Source of the DNA: Geopsychrobacteraceae bacterium
Lineage (GTDB): Bacteria; Desulfobacterota; Desulfuromonadia; Desulfuromonadales; Geopsychrobacteraceae
Direction of reading: 5' to 3'
NCBI GenBank assembly: GCA_963662315.1
Contig: OY759353.1
Location: 1,120,001 to 1,184,000, forward strand
Length of the DNA: 64,000 bases
The notes below the pieces were generated by a model. That model ran no database searches, had not been told where the DNA came from, and saw nothing but the letters and a program-made list of their open reading frames with translations. Of the stretch, positions 1 through 9,879 are shown one piece after another. The position numbers were made by a program, and so were the translations under genes. Each line of letters begins with the position of its first letter. Position 1 is the first letter of the stretch.

Positions 1-588
1 ATCCTGCGAACCATCATGATGGAAGGTCGGGATTAAAATGCGCTGCTGCTTGATGGTTCCGAAATAGCCAAGACGATAATCGTACAGGGCCGTCAAAATA
101 TCATACACGGGCTGATCAGACGCAAGATCATACCACTTATCGCTATAAACTCGGCCATTTTTCTGTTTCTGATAACGGACGGTTTTTGCTAAAAAATCGA
201 AAGTATATCGGGTGATTTTTTCTTTCCGCCCTGCTCCCTCACCGCGAATATCGTGAGATGAATGCCACAGGGGGTACAGCTCTCCATCTGGTCTGGCGGC
301 CATAAGAGTCTGAAAGCGCACAGATCTCTTGCAGGTTACAAAGGATGCAATACCCAGGGTCCTGGCTTCCAGCGTTACCAGGTAGGTTCCTGGCTGCTCT
401 CCTTCGCTCAGCTGGAGAGATCCTTCGGCCAGATGATCAAACCACAGAAAAGAGATATCATAGTGCAGATGTTCTCCCACCAACTCATGAATAGTGGGAA
501 CCGATGCCCCTGAAACCCTCGCGGCAAAAATGGTTCCGTGTAAAAAAATACATAATACCAGAGCGATAATACGGCCCATTCTCTTCAT
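1..588 (-). CDS. Exported protein, probably DUF3108 family (partial, runs off window start)
   Basis: Not in the ORF track. Hand translation from ATG at 588 gives MKRMGRIIALVLCIFLHG...GEHLHYDISFLWFDHLAEGSLQL...YLVTLEARTLG: a signal peptide plus a GExLxYxI beta-strand pattern. Confidence 0.6.
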   Translation of the reverse strand, partial: MKRMGRIIALVLCIFLHGTIFAARVSGASVPTIHELVGEHLHYDISFLWFDHLAEGSLQLSEGEQPGTYLVTLEARTLGIASFVTCKRSVRFQTLMAARPDGELYPLWHSSHDIRGEGAGRKEKITRYTFDFLAKTVRYQKQKNGRVYSDKWYDLASDQPVYDILTALYDYRLGYFGTIKQQRILIPTFHHDGSQD

Positions 589-659
589 CTGCGGCTACAC
601 CTTGTCAAAAGAAGGATGTGATCGATAACGCAATTTTTAATCATACGAATAATCATTCC

Positions 660-688
660 TTGACGAAACATGTCGTTACAACTAATAT
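660..688 (+). promoter_or_regulatory. Sigma70-type promoter upstream of ArsR-family gene
   Basis: TTGACG-17 bp-TAATAT. Confidence 0.55.
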
Positions 689-712
689 CCATATATTCAA
701 AATATCTCAGGA

Positions 713-1045
713 GTGATTACAATGCTAGAGTCTTCTGCAAAATTGCCATTTGATTCATCGAAAGATTACGACAGAGAATCTGAAATTTTAAAGGTTCTAG
801 GCCACCCCATCAGATTAAAAATCGTCGCTGGGCTCATGTCTCAGTCCTGTAATGTTAAAAAAATCTGGGAATGTCTCAATTTACCACAGGCAACGGTATC
901 TCAGCACCTAGCCTTGCTGAAAAACAAAGATATCATTACCGGTCGGCGTGAAGGGGTTGAGGTTTACTACCAGGTGACTTCGCCTGAAGCAATACGGATC
1001 ATCAGTGCGATTTTTGGCGATTCGATCAATTGCAAAGGGAAATGA
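713..1045 (+). CDS. ArsR/SmtB family transcriptional regulator
   Basis: LKVLGHPIRLKI...LPQATVSQHLALLK...GRREGVEVYY winged HTH; start may be ATG 722. Confidence 0.92.
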   Translation: MITMLESSAKLPFDSSKDYDRESEILKVLGHPIRLKIVAGLMSQSCNVKKIWECLNLPQATVSQHLALLKNKDIITGRREGVEVYYQVTSPEAIRIISAIFGDSINCKGK

Positions 1046-1075
1046 TTTACTTCTTCTATAAGAAAACTGAATACT

Positions 1076-1110
1076 AAAAAACGGACATCAGTAATGATAT
1101 CCGTTTTTTT
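1076..1110. terminator. Bidirectional intrinsic terminator
   Basis: AAAAAACGGAcATCA-gtaa-TGATaTCCGTTTTTT between convergent genes. Confidence 0.75.
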
Positions 1111-1133
1111 AATGTTTCACTCAAGAGCTGCCG

Positions 1134-1331
1134 CTATTTTCCAGACTGAATTGAAGCTATTGTCTTACCCCGAATGCCCCAGTTCTCAGCTGGAACTTCT
1201 TCAATAATGACATGGGTTGCTTCCGGATTTTTACCCAGAACTTCTTTCAACACCAGGGTAATACGATCGATAAGCTGCTCTTTTTTCTCAGCGCTGATCC
1301 CTTCAGCGGCACGTACAGTAACAACAGGCAT
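1134..1331 (-). CDS. 4-oxalocrotonate tautomerase family protein
   Basis: N-terminal catalytic Pro (MPVV), VIIEEVPAENWGIRG motif, 65 aa. Confidence 0.92.
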   Translation of the reverse strand: MPVVTVRAAEGISAEKKEQLIDRITLVLKEVLGKNPEATHVIIEEVPAENWGIRGKTIASIQSGK

Positions 1332-1485
1332 GAGACCGGCTCCTTTCTGGTCAGGAATTACACAGCCTCCAGTATAACCGTAGGCCCAAAAGAATCAATA
1401 GACAAATCATTGTGAGATAGGAACTTCTTCCTTTAATGATCCGAGCTCCGCGCAACCGACTCTGCACATTATCAACCATAAATAT

Positions 1486-2385
1486 TCAGGGGAACCGATA
1501 ATGAAATACATGAAGTCCCTTATCCGGATCAATATCCCTGAAATCTTCCCCCGCTGGGGAATGACGAACAAGAATCGCTTGCGGGCATAACTCTGAAAAT
1601 AAATTCTGCAAGTAATCACGTCCCAAGCGTGGTGCGCTCATGCAAGCAATAATTTCTCCTCCTGGAGATAATAAAGACGGCAGTTGTTTCAATAATTTAG
1701 GCCAGTCTCGTCTCCCCTCAAAGCTATTCCCCTGTGCAGCAGGAGGATCGCAAATCACCAGATCATAAGGGGACAACTTACGTAAGCGGCTGAAGCTGCG
1801 AAATAATTCCAGAGGTAGAAACGCAGCACCACGTGTATCGATACCGTTAAATTCATGATTCAGGCGACCTAGAGCAAGGGCACCCTTGTTCATATCGAGA
1901 TTGTCAACACGTTTGGCGCCGCCTGCCAGAGCAACCACAGAAAAACTGCAGGTATAAGAAAACAGGTTCAATAATGTTTTCCCTGCCGCAATACTGCGAA
2001 CATACTGTCGGGCATTACGCATATCTGGGAAAAAACCGATATTCTGAGCATGCCCCAGTCGCAACTGATAGCGCAGGCCGGCTTCTTCAGCATAAACGGT
2101 TTGAGGCGAAGTACCATAACCGGTATGCGTCACTGTCCCCTCTGAATAGCGTTGTTGAACCAGCATTGCCTCGACCTGGGGCATATGGCAACGCAGCAGA
2201 TCATAGAGTTCGGTCAACCAGATTTCACTACGCTGACGATAACAGACCAGGTGAATTACTGGAGCAAACCAGTCGATGACAATATCTTCGTACCCTGGAT
2301 AACAATGCCCGCGCCCGTGAAAGAGGCGGAATGACTCATGAGTAAGAGGGAGCTTTTCCCTGATTTTCTGTATAAGTAAGTCCAT
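1486..2385 (-). CDS. Class I SAM-dependent methyltransferase (RlmI/RlmK-like)
   Basis: QNIGFFPDMR, LNLFSYTCSFSV and DLVICDPP motifs. Confidence 0.85.
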   Translation of the reverse strand: MDLLIQKIREKLPLTHESFRLFHGRGHCYPGYEDIVIDWFAPVIHLVCYRQRSEIWLTELYDLLRCHMPQVEAMLVQQRYSEGTVTHTGYGTSPQTVYAEEAGLRYQLRLGHAQNIGFFPDMRNARQYVRSIAAGKTLLNLFSYTCSFSVVALAGGAKRVDNLDMNKGALALGRLNHEFNGIDTRGAAFLPLELFRSFSRLRKLSPYDLVICDPPAAQGNSFEGRRDWPKLLKQLPSLLSPGGEIIACMSAPRLGRDYLQNLFSELCPQAILVRHSPAGEDFRDIDPDKGLHVFHYRFP

Positions 2386-2477
2386 ATATAAGCTTTTTTG
2401 TAATCAGCAGTATTTGCGCTGGAAATGATAGATCAAAGTGTACATAATGGCTGACGGTATTCCCCAAGGAGAGTTTC

Positions 2478-3344
2478 ATGAAAAGAACCAATCAGCTCAT
2501 CTTCATCCTTATTGTTCTTATTATTGCACTAGGCAGTGCAATTTATTTTAGATCACAAGATGTTCAGCAAAACACGCTTACACCTGAAATAGCACAGGCA
2601 CCGATTCAGCAACCGATTAAAAAATCGATAATTCATTACCCAATACCGGAACAAACAACCACAGCAGCGGATAGTCAGACCGAGCAGCCTAGCAACAATG
2701 CTGTCGACCAGACAGCTGATAGCAGTAGTAATTCAGCGCCAGCAGATGCCTTGCCAGAAGATCAAAAAATTAGCCAGAACGTCGAATTATCTCTGGTATC
2801 TTTGTTAAAAAGCAACAGTCTCCCGCAACTATTCATCTTAGATAGCTTCGTTCAGCGTTTTGTCGCAACTGTTGACAATCTTCCGGAAAAAAAATTACCA
2901 CCAAACCAACTTCCCATCCGCCCCCCAAATGGAAAATTTATTGTTTCGGGGACCCAGAAAGAACCCCAAACCAGTAGCAGAAATAACCAGCGCTACACAC
3001 CATATGTTGAAATTTTGCAGTCTATAAAACCAGAATTAGCTGTAAAAATATATACCCACTTTTATTCCAGTTTCCAAAAGGCCTACGAACAACTTGGCTA
3101 TAAAAATGCCTACTTTAATGACCGTCTCGCATTTGTCCTAGATCACTTATTGGAAACGCCGAACCCAGCCGATCCACTAAGCTTGGTACAACCTGTTGTT
3201 TTTTATACCTATGCGAACCCTGATTATGAAAATATGTCCGCCGGACAAAAGTTGTTATTAAGAATCGGTCAAAAAAACAGGTCAATCGTTTTGGATATTC
3301 TCCAGCAATACAGAGAACTGATTACTGGCCAAAAGCACGGATGA
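2478..3344 (+). CDS. Membrane-anchored DUF3014-like protein
   Basis: N-terminal TM helix; RFVATVDNL, FQKAYEQLGY...YFNDRL and SAGQKLLLRIG motifs. Confidence 0.75.
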   Translation: MKRTNQLIFILIVLIIALGSAIYFRSQDVQQNTLTPEIAQAPIQQPIKKSIIHYPIPEQTTTAADSQTEQPSNNAVDQTADSSSNSAPADALPEDQKISQNVELSLVSLLKSNSLPQLFILDSFVQRFVATVDNLPEKKLPPNQLPIRPPNGKFIVSGTQKEPQTSSRNNQRYTPYVEILQSIKPELAVKIYTHFYSSFQKAYEQLGYKNAYFNDRLAFVLDHLLETPNPADPLSLVQPVVFYTYANPDYENMSAGQKLLLRIGQKNRSIVLDILQQYRELITGQKHG

Positions 3345-3373
3345 TCGTGTCAATGACTTCTGAAAACGGATAG

Positions 3374-3427
3374 ATGCAGGTCAATAAAAAACCCGGATGC
3401 GTATCCGGGTTTTTTATTGACCTGCAT
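3374..3427. terminator. Bidirectional terminator within a 25-bp perfect inverted repeat
   Basis: ATGCAGGTCAATAAAAAACCCGGAT-gcgt-ATCCGGGTTTTTTATTGACCTGCAT. Confidence 0.8.
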
Positions 3428-3440
3428 AACTGCGCATTTA

Positions 3441-3635
3441 TCAATGGACATTCCTGCGCTCGGGACCACTATAACTGGTATGCTCTCGTTTACGAACCGG
3501 ATCAATTCCAGGATATACCCAGCCATCATGACGCTGGAACTTGATAATAGCATCATCGTCAATAAGTTCCTGTAATCTGTCAGCGGCAGCAGAGCCCATC
3601 ATTCCATCAATATAAATGACAGATATTTCATCCAT
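3441..3635 (-). CDS. GSU3473-family small protein
   Basis: ISVIYIDG...LQELI...IIKFQRHDGWVYPGIDPVR...YSGPERR; RBS GAGGTGAG. Confidence 0.8.
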   Translation of the reverse strand: MDEISVIYIDGMMGSAAADRLQELIDDDAIIKFQRHDGWVYPGIDPVRKREHTSYSGPERRNVH

Positions 3636-3695
3636 AACTCACCTCACTAACCTTCCCCGCCACATCTTTCAACAAAGCACCCAGACAAGCACAAA

Positions 3696-3902
3696 CTAGC
3701 GTTGCTTATCATCAGAGGGCCTTCTGCGCTCCGGACCATTATATGCCCCCCTTAGTGTACTGCGAATCGGATCTCTGCCAATCGTGACCCAACCTGATGA
3801 ACGTTCAAATTTTTCAATTTCACTCATCAGGATCAATTCATCGAGCTTACGAGACGGAACCAGATCAATTCTGCCATCTTTATAACGAACACGAATCAAC
3901 AT
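3696..3902 (-). CDS. GSU3473-family small protein
   Basis: MLIRVRYKDG...LDELI...IEKFERSSGWVTIGRDPIR...YNGPERRR; RBS GGAGG. Confidence 0.85.
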   Translation of the reverse strand: MLIRVRYKDGRIDLVPSRKLDELILMSEIEKFERSSGWVTIGRDPIRSTLRGAYNGPERRRPSDDKQR

Positions 3903-3920
3903 GCAACCCTCCCTATAATA

Positions 3921-5015
3921 TTAATCAAGCAAGGAATCTATTGCGTCAAAATCCAGTTCCTTGTCCGCCAATTTCGTTATCAGATCGATTTTATGAGTAT
4001 CCTCAGCAGTCAACTTAGACACATCATCTTTTAACATTTCAAATACCGTAGTAGAGTTACGCCCGGCAAGCATGTAAGGAATGCCACTGCTTACCAGAAT
4101 TTTCTCAGTGATCCTGCTGATCTTGCCAAGACCAGGGATAGCTATACCAGCGATTTTCTTACGGAATTCCTCGAGTTGATAAAGATTAGCCAGGGTCACA
4201 AGAAGCTCATCCCGACTGACGTTGACAATAACCAGCGTTGAGTCATTCAACAGTTCAACAACCCGCTGGGCAGATGCGGCGCCCATATGAATAGTATGCA
4301 CTATGCGTTGCGCTTCTTCTTCCGTTGCATGCAACTCAACGTCCAGAACCCCTGCAATTCTACGCATTGTTGGATTTGCAAGAATCGGCTGGTAATTAAA
4401 GCCACCGATAACCTTGATATCCTCATCGGCAAAAGCAAGATTAAGATATTTAAGGGTCCGTTCACGCTTGGAGGAAATAATTTTGTTAACCAGGATAGCC
4501 TTAACCTTGGCGTGCTCTTTCTGGAATACAGCAGCATTCATATAAGCGTTATCTACTACGTTACCGATGCCACCACCAGTGACCATCAAAACAGTGGCAC
4601 CAACTTCTTTGGCGATGCGCGCATTATTACAGCCGATAACACTTCCGACTCCTGTATGACCGGCCCCTTCAATAATCAGAAAATCGTTCTTTTTATCGAG
4701 CTGGTCAATCGCATCAAAAATACGTTGCGCGATAACCTTCTTATCAAGTCTGCCATCCAAAACTTTGCGGGTATCACCAGGGCCGAGAACTAAAGGCGAC
4801 ATTAGGGGTAAATCATCAACAAGATGAAAATAACGCGCCATCAACACGGCATCTTTATCCGCCACGATGCCATTATATTCAATCACTTTTGGCCCTATCG
4901 GCTTGATAAAACCAACGCGATCGTATTTTTTCAATGCTTTATGCATCAAAGAAAGGCTGGTCGTCGTCTTCCCGCTGTTCATACCTGTTGCTGCGACAAA
5001 GACCTTTCGTGCCAT
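3921..5015 (-). CDS. Stand-alone BioD-like/DRTGG protein (phosphotransacetylase N-terminal family)
   Basis: GMNSGKTT P-loop, GFIKPIG, IIEGAGHTGVGS and a DRTGG-like region; start moved to ATG 5015 after an AAGGAG RBS. Confidence 0.85.
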   Translation of the reverse strand: MARKVFVAATGMNSGKTTTSLSLMHKALKKYDRVGFIKPIGPKVIEYNGIVADKDAVLMARYFHLVDDLPLMSPLVLGPGDTRKVLDGRLDKKVIAQRIFDAIDQLDKKNDFLIIEGAGHTGVGSVIGCNNARIAKEVGATVLMVTGGGIGNVVDNAYMNAAVFQKEHAKVKAILVNKIISSKRERTLKYLNLAFADEDIKVIGGFNYQPILANPTMRRIAGVLDVELHATEEEAQRIVHTIHMGAASAQRVVELLNDSTLVIVNVSRDELLVTLANLYQLEEFRKKIAGIAIPGLGKISRITEKILVSSGIPYMLAGRNSTTVFEMLKDDVSKLTAEDTHKIDLITKLADKELDFDAIDSLLD

Positions 5016-5372
5016 AGTGTTACTCTCCTTTTGGAAGCCTTTCTTCCATCTCATTTTTATAATATTAACAAATAAATAGGCAGTTTGTAACAATGTCTTT
5101 CAGTAGAACTGAAGAAAATTAATATTAAAAGTGAGATTAACCAATAACAACATAAGCCTGGTTAGAACTCTTTTAAACCGCAACAGCAAGTCAAAACAAC
5201 CCCGAGTCCGTCCCATACGAGCAAAGCGCTGATAATGGAGATAAAAGTACTTGTAAACCAACAGATATCAGGGGGAAATATCTCTTTCTACAATAACGAG
5301 GGCACTTAAATATTTTTGTTCAATATTGGATGCGTGCAGACAACCAGAAGGTAGCTCAATAAGACAGAACGG

Positions 5373-7277
5373 TTAACCTGCCTGATATTTCTGGCCACCA
5401 TTCAAGTGGACCATAGATTGGACTTTCTGATAAATAGCTTTGGCATTCAAACCAAGCTGCGCACGTAATTCGGCCTGGCTCCCCTGTTCGACAAAGTGAT
5501 CAGGAATACCAAGGCGTATAACCGGTACGGAAACTCCATGATCTGAAAAAAGTTCAAGAACAGAGGTTCCGAACCCCCCCTGTAAAGCATTTTCTTCAAG
5601 GGTCATGACAAATGGTGCCCGGTTGGCGTGATTTAGAATCAAAGCAGCGTCAAGCGGCTTGACAAAACGCGCATCGATTACACTGACATGTATACCATCT
5701 TCACGCAGCATCTGAGCGGCCGTCAATGCTTCCTGAACCATCACCCCGATACCAATCAACAATCCGTCTGAACCGTCGCACAGCAGCTCTCCTTGCCCGA
5801 TTATCAAAGGTGCAAAGGTCTCAGGAGCAGACAAGTCCAAAGCATTACCACGTGGATAACGGTAGGCGAAAGGTCCGTCCTGTTGCAAGCCCAGAGCGAT
5901 TATACGCTGCAATTCAATTTCATCGCGCGGTACCGCAAAGGTCATATGAGGCAAATGACGCAAAAATGACAGATCAAAAACCCCATGATGGGTCGGGCCA
6001 TCTGCCCCAACCAGCCCTGCGCGATCCATGGCAAAACAGACAGGAAGGTTCTGCAGGCAGACATCATGCAGAACCTGGTCATAAGCACGCTGCATAAAGG
6101 TGGAATAGATGGCGACGACCGGCCGTAACCCTTTTACAGCAAGCCCTGCAGCAAATGTCACGGCATGTTGTTCGGCTATACCAACATCGAAAAAACGCTT
6201 GGGATAAGCTTCGGCAAATTTCTTAAGTCCGGTCCCTTCGGCCATGGCCGCAGTAATCGCTATAATGCGGTCATCCTCAGCCGCCAGACGGATAATTGAG
6301 TCACTGAAGACAGAGGTATACGTCGGTTTTTTCGGGCTATTTACTCCTTTTAGGTCACCACTTTCACGCTCAAAAGGACCAACCCCATGGAATTTGGGCG
6401 GGTTATTTTCAGCAGGTTCGTAACCTTTTCCTTTTTTAGTCAGCACATGCAACAGAACTGGCCCTTTGATTTGACCAACGTTGTGCAGAGTTTCAACAAG
6501 CTCGTCGATATTATGACCATCAATCGGACCAAAATAATCGAACCCAAACCCCTCAAAAAGCATACCCGGAGTCATAAAGCTCTTCAGCGATTCCTCGGCA
6601 CGCTTGGCAATATTAACCAGATCTCTACCAAATTTAGGAACACAGCTTAAAATGCCTTCCGTTTCCTTTTTGAAGCGGATAAATGCATCTGAGGTTAACT
6701 TGCGACTCAAGAAAGAAGACAGGGCACCGACATTGGGTGAAATTGACATTTCATTGTCATTAAGAATGACGACAAGCTTTTCTTTCAGGCCTCCCGCATG
6801 ATTAAGTGCTTCAAACGCCATACCTGCAGTCAACGATCCATCACCAATAATCGCGATAACCTTATTGTCTTCTCCCAAAATATCTCGCGCGGCAGCCATA
6901 CCAAGCGCAGCGGAAATTGATGTCGATGAATGGCCGACATCAAAGCTATCATGGACACTCTCCTTGCGTTTGGGAAAACCACTTAAACCATCAAGCTGGC
7001 GTAACGTTGCAAACTGTAACTGTCTACCCGTCAACAGCTTATGCGCATAAGCCTGATGACCTACATCCCAGACAATTTTATCAGCTGGAGAGTCAAATAC
7101 CCGATGCAGAGCGATGGTCAACTCGACAACCCCTAAAGAGCTGGCCAGGTGACCGCCGGTTTCAGAAACAGTCGAAACAATCTGCCCCCGTAACTCATGC
7201 GCCAGAGTCGGTAAAAGATTTTTATCGAGCCGTTTCAGGTCACCCGGTGACTGAATCTGTGAAAGTATCGTCTGCAC
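5373..7277 (-). CDS. dxs: 1-deoxy-D-xylulose-5-phosphate synthase
   Basis: GGHLASSLGVVELT, WDVGHQAYAHK, GDGSLTAG and FDVGIAEQHAV motifs. Confidence 0.98.
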   Translation of the reverse strand: MQTILSQIQSPGDLKRLDKNLLPTLAHELRGQIVSTVSETGGHLASSLGVVELTIALHRVFDSPADKIVWDVGHQAYAHKLLTGRQLQFATLRQLDGLSGFPKRKESVHDSFDVGHSSTSISAALGMAAARDILGEDNKVIAIIGDGSLTAGMAFEALNHAGGLKEKLVVILNDNEMSISPNVGALSSFLSRKLTSDAFIRFKKETEGILSCVPKFGRDLVNIAKRAEESLKSFMTPGMLFEGFGFDYFGPIDGHNIDELVETLHNVGQIKGPVLLHVLTKKGKGYEPAENNPPKFHGVGPFERESGDLKGVNSPKKPTYTSVFSDSIIRLAAEDDRIIAITAAMAEGTGLKKFAEAYPKRFFDVGIAEQHAVTFAAGLAVKGLRPVVAIYSTFMQRAYDQVLHDVCLQNLPVCFAMDRAGLVGADGPTHHGVFDLSFLRHLPHMTFAVPRDEIELQRIIALGLQQDGPFAYRYPRGNALDLSAPETFAPLIIGQGELLCDGSDGLLIGIGVMVQEALTAAQMLREDGIHVSVIDARFVKPLDAALILNHANRAPFVMTLEENALQGGFGTSVLELFSDHGVSVPVIRLGIPDHFVEQGSQAELRAQLGLNAKAIYQKVQSMVHLNGGQKYQAG

Positions 7278-7390
7278 TGGTTTTATTGCTCCTGATTAAG
7301 TAACCTCAGTGAAAATGTCCATACTGCAACGTATGTGTACTAAGCAACTCAATATTGCACTAATAGAATCACCTGTCTACTAAACTGCAG

Positions 7391-8299
7391 TCAAGAGGTC
7401 CGTTCAACTATGTAGTCAGCGATGGCCCGCAATGGTTGAGCAAGTTCTGAAAACTCCTTAATTGCAGCACGTGCAATCTGCCGCAACTCCTCGGCCCGCT
7501 GCCGCGCGCCATCCAGACCAAGCAACGCCGGATAAGTCGCCTTTCCACGCTCAGTATCGCTACCAACATCCTTGCCTAAACTATCCTGATCCGCGACGAT
7601 ATCAAGAATATCATCAGCAACCTGAAAAGCCAGACCAATAGCTTCACCGTAACGTCTTAACGCCTGACGCTGTTCAGATCCGGCACGACCGATCACACAT
7701 CCTGTTTCCAAAGCTGCCAACAATAACGCGCCGGTCTTGTGAGTATGAATATATTCAAGGGTCGGCAGGTCAATCTCCTTCCCCTCAGACTCCATATCGA
7801 CAACCTGACCACCGACCATCCCCCGAGAGCCGGCACTCTTGGCTAGTAAATGAATGACTTCAATGGCTTGCTCACTACTGAGCCTGGCACCATTAACCGG
7901 TCCGGACAAAAGCAAAAATGCTTCGGTCAGCAAGGCGTCACCGGCAAGTATTGCTTTCGCTTCACCATAAACTTTATGGTTGGTCGGTTTTCCCCGACGA
8001 AAATCATCATCATCCATAGCCGGTAAATCATCATGTATCAATGAATAGCTATGTATCATTTCTATGGCACATGCAGCAGGAATAACATCGGCAGTGCTGC
8101 CGCCGACAGCTTCACACGCCGCCATCATCAAAACCGGTCGAATCCGTTTTCCCCCGGCAAAAACTGAATAGCGCATGGAACTATGCAGTGCAGCAGGCAG
8201 CGAATCCTTGCCCGGCAGATAAAGGTCAAGGGCATTTTCAACCAAACGCGACCGTTCCTCAAGATAAGCTTTCAGGTTAAAAGAATCACTCATTGTCAA
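7391..8299 (-). CDS. ispA: Farnesyl/geranylgeranyl diphosphate synthase
   Basis: GGKRIRP, LIHDDLPAMDDDDFRRG and FQVADDILD motifs; xseB-ispA-dxs synteny. Confidence 0.95.
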   Translation of the reverse strand: MTMSDSFNLKAYLEERSRLVENALDLYLPGKDSLPAALHSSMRYSVFAGGKRIRPVLMMAACEAVGGSTADVIPAACAIEMIHSYSLIHDDLPAMDDDDFRRGKPTNHKVYGEAKAILAGDALLTEAFLLLSGPVNGARLSSEQAIEVIHLLAKSAGSRGMVGGQVVDMESEGKEIDLPTLEYIHTHKTGALLLAALETGCVIGRAGSEQRQALRRYGEAIGLAFQVADDILDIVADQDSLGKDVGSDTERGKATYPALLGLDGARQRAEELRQIARAAIKEFSELAQPLRAIADYIVERTS

Positions 8300-8513
8300 A
8301 AGGTTCCTGTTTTAATGTGCCATCATCCTGTTGCAATAAAATGCTAACCTTCAGCTCAACATCTTTCAACGCTTGGCGGCAAGCTTCGGCCTGTCTGACC
8401 CCGCCGGAAAAGACTTTAAGGGCCTGATCAAGACTCAGTTCACCGCTTTCCAGCTGAACGACAGCTTCTTCAAGCTTACGTAAAGCTGTTTCAAATCCTT
8501 TTGGTGCTGCCAT
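8286..8513 (-). CDS. xseB: Exodeoxyribonuclease VII small subunit
   Basis: FETALRKLEEAVVQLESGELSLDQAL. Confidence 0.93.
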   Translation of the reverse strand: MAAPKGFETALRKLEEAVVQLESGELSLDQALKVFSGGVRQAEACRQALKDVELKVSILLQQDDGTLKQEPFDNE

Positions 8514-8627
8514 AGGGAACCTATATACTCCTTAGCAAAATAAAAAACATCAATACCTGTTAGTTTATATAGAAAGAATAATTATCGACAGTCATAGAGG
8601 TTATCGTCAAGGGAATTAGACAGAATA

Positions 8628-9824
8628 TTATTCACTTTTATCCTGTACAGATACCTTTAAACAACCAGCGGCAAGCATGACTTTCAGGGTATCCCCGATT
8701 TCAACTTCCGTCACTGAGGTGACCACCTGGTCATTCGCATCATTTTTGACAATTGCATACCCCCGACCCAATACCGCCAACGGCGACAATGCCTGTAACC
8801 GACCAGCCAAAGCGGCAAAAGCTCCAGACTTTTCGGTTAACAGTCGTTGCATGGCATGCTGCAATTGACGTGTCTGCTGTGATAATTTTTGTTGCTGCAA
8901 CCGAATAATATCCTGCGGAGGACGCAATCGGTTCTGCAATCCCGTCAAGCGGCTTTCCAGTAAAGACAATCGGCTTTTCATCTGGGTGGCCAGACGGAGT
9001 TCTAACTGATCAAGGTGTCGTTCAAGTTCAAGGCGATTTTTAGCGACCAATTCGGCAGCCGCACTCGGAGTCGGGGCACGCAGGTCGGCAACCATGTCCG
9101 CTATTGAATAATCGATCTCATGACCGACCGCAGAGATAACTGGTATTGTTGAAGCGGCAATAGCCCTGGCGACAATTTCTTCATTAAAGGCCCACAGATC
9201 TTCTCGCGAGCCCCCGCCCCTACCGACAATTAATACATCTGCGAGGCCCAGACGATTAAAGGTTTCAATAGCCGCAGCAATTTGTCTACCTGCGCCATCC
9301 CCCTGAACCAGAACCGGGAGCAGAAGAACCTGAAGACCTGAGGTACGCCGCCGCAAAACATTAAGAATATCACGAATAGCCGCTCCCGTAGAGGACGTCA
9401 CGATCCCAACCGTCTGAGGAAAATCAGGCAGAGGCTTTTTACGCTCAGCGGCAAACAACCCTGCTTGCTGAAGTTTATTCTTGAGCTGTTCATACGCAAG
9501 CTGCAACTGCCCTAAACCTTCCGGTTCGATATTGTCGACAATTAACTGCAGATCGCCGCGCTGAGGATAAATAGAGACACGGGCCTGACAGTAAACAGCC
9601 ATCCCTTCTTCAGGTCGGAAGCGCAAACCACGCAACTGGCCGCGGAACATCGCACAACGTAATTGAGCCTTGGCGTCTTTAAGAGTGAAATAACAATGAC
9701 CAGAAGCAGGGAAACTGACATTACTCAGTTCTCCTTTCACGAGAACATCGACAAAATTATCCTCCACCAGTTCCTGCAACAGGGAAATCAATGCAGATAC
9801 AGATAGAGCCGAAGTAAGATCCAT
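8628..9824 (-). CDS. xseA: Exodeoxyribonuclease VII large subunit
   Basis: GELSN..SGHCYFTLKD, GRGGGSREDLWAFNEE and SAVGHEID motifs. Confidence 0.97.
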   Translation of the reverse strand: MDLTSALSVSALISLLQELVEDNFVDVLVKGELSNVSFPASGHCYFTLKDAKAQLRCAMFRGQLRGLRFRPEEGMAVYCQARVSIYPQRGDLQLIVDNIEPEGLGQLQLAYEQLKNKLQQAGLFAAERKKPLPDFPQTVGIVTSSTGAAIRDILNVLRRRTSGLQVLLLPVLVQGDGAGRQIAAAIETFNRLGLADVLIVGRGGGSREDLWAFNEEIVARAIAASTIPVISAVGHEIDYSIADMVADLRAPTPSAAAELVAKNRLELERHLDQLELRLATQMKSRLSLLESRLTGLQNRLRPPQDIIRLQQQKLSQQTRQLQHAMQRLLTEKSGAFAALAGRLQALSPLAVLGRGYAIVKNDANDQVVTSVTEVEIGDTLKVMLAAGCLKVSVQDKSE

Positions 9825-9879
9825 TAACAGGTCCTGTCATGCGCAAAAATCGAAGGTCACTAGTTAGCCGAATAGTCGC

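Noticed and set aside
262..513. 83-aa plus-strand ORF
   Set aside because: Antisense to the longer minus-strand CDS at 1-588
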